DNA from: an uncultured Collinsella sp.
Lineage (GTDB): Bacteria > Actinomycetota > Coriobacteriia > Coriobacteriales > Coriobacteriaceae
Reading direction: 5' to 3'
Assembly: GCA_900541065.1 (NCBI GenBank)
Contig: UQIE01000006.1
Span: 2,711-66,710 of the forward strand
Length of the DNA: 64,000 nt
In this document: piece by piece, positions 62,643 to 64,000 of the stretch
Numbering within the stretch: position 1 is the first letter of the stretch
How the letters are laid out: every line of letters starts with the position of its first letter
Program-made: the position numbers and the translations under genes
The notes under the pieces: generated by a model
What the model was told of the DNA's origin: nothing
Seen by the model: only the letters and a program-made list of their open reading frames with translations
The model's database searches: none

Positions 62643-63674
62643 ATGGTGTCCCAAATGGATTCTACGCTTGGTTTCATTACTGACCAGCTTAAGACGCTGA
62701 CTTCTATTGCCTCGCCTACGGGCTATACCCGTGCGGCGACTGATTATCTAATGGAAACGTTGCGCGATATGGGCTTTGGCCCTGAGCGTTCCAATAAGGG
62801 CAACGTGCTGGTTGAGCTTGGCGGCGAGGGCGAGCCGCTTGTGTTGGCGAGCCATGTCGACACCCTGGGCGCCATGGTGCGCTCCATTAAGGACAATGGC
62901 CGCCTGCGTCCCACGACGCTTGGTGGGCACCAGTGGTCTACGGCCGATGGCGAGAACTGCACCGTCTACACGCGTGACGGCAATGCGTACACGGGTGTGG
63001 TTCTCAACACCGAGCCTTCGGCGCACGTGGCCGACGAGCCGGTCAAGACCATCGAGAAGAACATGGAAATCCTGCTCGATGAGAATGTCGACAGCAAGGA
63101 CGATGTGCTTGAGCTGGGCATTCAGACCGGCGACATCATCGCTATGGATCCGCGTACCACGGTGACGGAGAGCGGCTACATCAAGAGCCGCTTCTTGGAT
63201 GATAAGCTGTCGGCGTCGATTCTGCTGGGTCTGGCCCGCGCCGTTGCTGACGGCGAGGTGTCGCTTTCGCGCAAGGTGTCCCTGCTCTTTACCGTGTACG
63301 AGGAGGTCGGCCACGGCGGCGCCTTCGTGCCGGCCGACACGCGCGAGATGATCAGCGTTGACATGGGCTGCGTGGGGGACGACCTGGGTTGCACCGAGCG
63401 CATGGTGTCGATTTGCGCCAAGGATTCGGGCGGTCCGTACAACTACGACCTGGTAACCACACTGTCCAACATCGCGCGCGAGCTTGAGCTCGATTACGCC
63501 ATCGACGTGTACCCGCATTACGGCTCGGACGTCGAGGCCACGCTCTCTGCCGGCTACGACATCCGCCACGGCCTGATCGGCCCCGGCGTGTACGCGAGCC
63601 ACAACTACGAGCGCAGCCACATGGACGGCGTGCGCAACACCTACGAGCTGGTTCGCGCCTACGTTCAGCGCTAA
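62643..63674 (+). CDS. M42-family peptidase (glutamyl aminopeptidase / FrvX-like)
   Basis: M42 fold with metal ligands (LASHVDTLG, DDK, EEVGHGGA); GGAG RBS. Confidence 0.8.
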   Translation: MVSQMDSTLGFITDQLKTLTSIASPTGYTRAATDYLMETLRDMGFGPERSNKGNVLVELGGEGEPLVLASHVDTLGAMVRSIKDNGRLRPTTLGGHQWSTADGENCTVYTRDGNAYTGVVLNTEPSAHVADEPVKTIEKNMEILLDENVDSKDDVLELGIQTGDIIAMDPRTTVTESGYIKSRFLDDKLSASILLGLARAVADGEVSLSRKVSLLFTVYEEVGHGGAFVPADTREMISVDMGCVGDDLGCTERMVSICAKDSGGPYNYDLVTTLSNIARELELDYAIDVYPHYGSDVEATLSAGYDIRHGLIGPGVYASHNYERSHMDGVRNTYELVRAYVQR

Positions 63675-63726
63675 CGATGCAGCGGCCTCGGCTGATACAG
63701 TAGTACCGACTGAGGCCGTCCTCTCT

Positions 63727-63795
63727 AAGTTGCGGTGAAATAGGGACTGTTTGGCGGTTTTAAACGCTCAAACAGTCCCTATTTCACCGCAATTT
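63727..63795. repeat. Family A palindromic repeat, copy A5, between convergent genes
   Basis: AAGTTGCGGTGAAATAGGGACTG...CAGTCCCTATTTCACCGCAATTT. Confidence 0.85.
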
Positions 63796-63810
63796 ATGAA
63801 GGGGATGGGG

Positions 63811-64000
63811 CTACTTAAGTGCGCCGGTCACCGTGCCGCCGCCGAGGACGATGTCGCCGTGGTAGACTACAACGGCCTGGCCGGGGGCGATGGCTCGCTG
63901 CGGCTCGTCAAAAGTCAGCAGCATTTGCCCGTCTTCGCCGCGCGTAAGGGTCGCTGCTTGGTCTTTCTGACGGTAACGGTACTTGGCGCCCACGCGAATG
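63811..64000 (-). CDS. mnmA: tRNA-specific 2-thiouridylase MnmA, C-terminal fragment (continues beyond the window)
   Basis: C-terminal ...GQAVVVYHGDIVLGGGTVTGALK resembles the MnmA C-terminal barrel; ORF open at the window edge. Confidence 0.6.
   Translation of the reverse strand, partial: IRVGAKYRYRQKDQAATLTRGEDGQMLLTFDEPQRAIAPGQAVVVYHGDIVLGGGTVTGALK

Overview
High-GC (about 60-65%) actinobacterial chromosomal segment. The gene set (Fe-Fe hydrogenase, rubredoxin, PTS systems, Cof-type HAD phosphatases) suggests an anaerobic Coriobacteriia-like organism; that lineage call is inference only. The window is mostly core housekeeping: Cof-type HAD phosphatases, citrate synthase, L31, secA-prfB, YitT, a split transketolase, ftsEX, RNase R, a tRNA-Gln/tRNA-Glu pair, smpB, flavin reductase plus rubredoxin, mntH, gltB (frameshifted) with gltD, a csoR-copZ-copA copper operon, a Ser/Thr kinase plus FHA protein pair, a DEAD-box helicase, a PTS alpha-glucoside operon (crr, licT, EIICB, GH4 phospho-glucosidase), a NuoF/GltD-like oxidoreductase overlapping a [FeFe]-hydrogenase, a NitT/TauT-type ABC transporter, a DinJ-like antitoxin, a CPBP protease, YgiQ radical SAM, DUF1275, Fe-ADH, an M42 peptidase and the mnmA 3' end. 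No transposase, phage genes, cas genes or integrase were found. The only recombinase is a small resolvase/invertase-type serine recombinase at 17650-18255. The most unusual content is non-coding: at least five families of short palindromic repeats. One previously unfamiliar family (D) consists of 57-bp hairpin units (16-bp perfect inverted arms around a 25-bp core) arranged in direct arrays of 1-4 units with about 22-24-bp semi-conserved spacers. These arrays sit at gene-module boundaries around mntH, a DUF559/AbiEi-like gene, the cop region and the kinase-FHA pair. The 25-bp cores occur in both orientations between identical arms. A second family (A, about 68 bp, 23-bp arms) shows compensatory changes between copies that preserve the hairpin, and one copy is nested inside a MITE-like element of a third family (B). 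Other points: gltB is interrupted by a frameshift; several housekeeping proteins carry long low-complexity extensions (L31, FtsE, DEAD-box helicase, YgiQ); RF2 has no programmed frameshift and reads SPT where SPF is expected; an unannotated 47-aa rubredoxin ORF is present. Long antisense ORFs in the six-frame track are high-GC artefacts. The ORF track uses alternative start codons, so an M at an ORF start may be GTG/TTG/CTG. Coordinates derived from ORF positions are reliable; coordinates of RNA, repeat and terminator features were counted by hand from the sequence lines and may be off by 1-2 nt.
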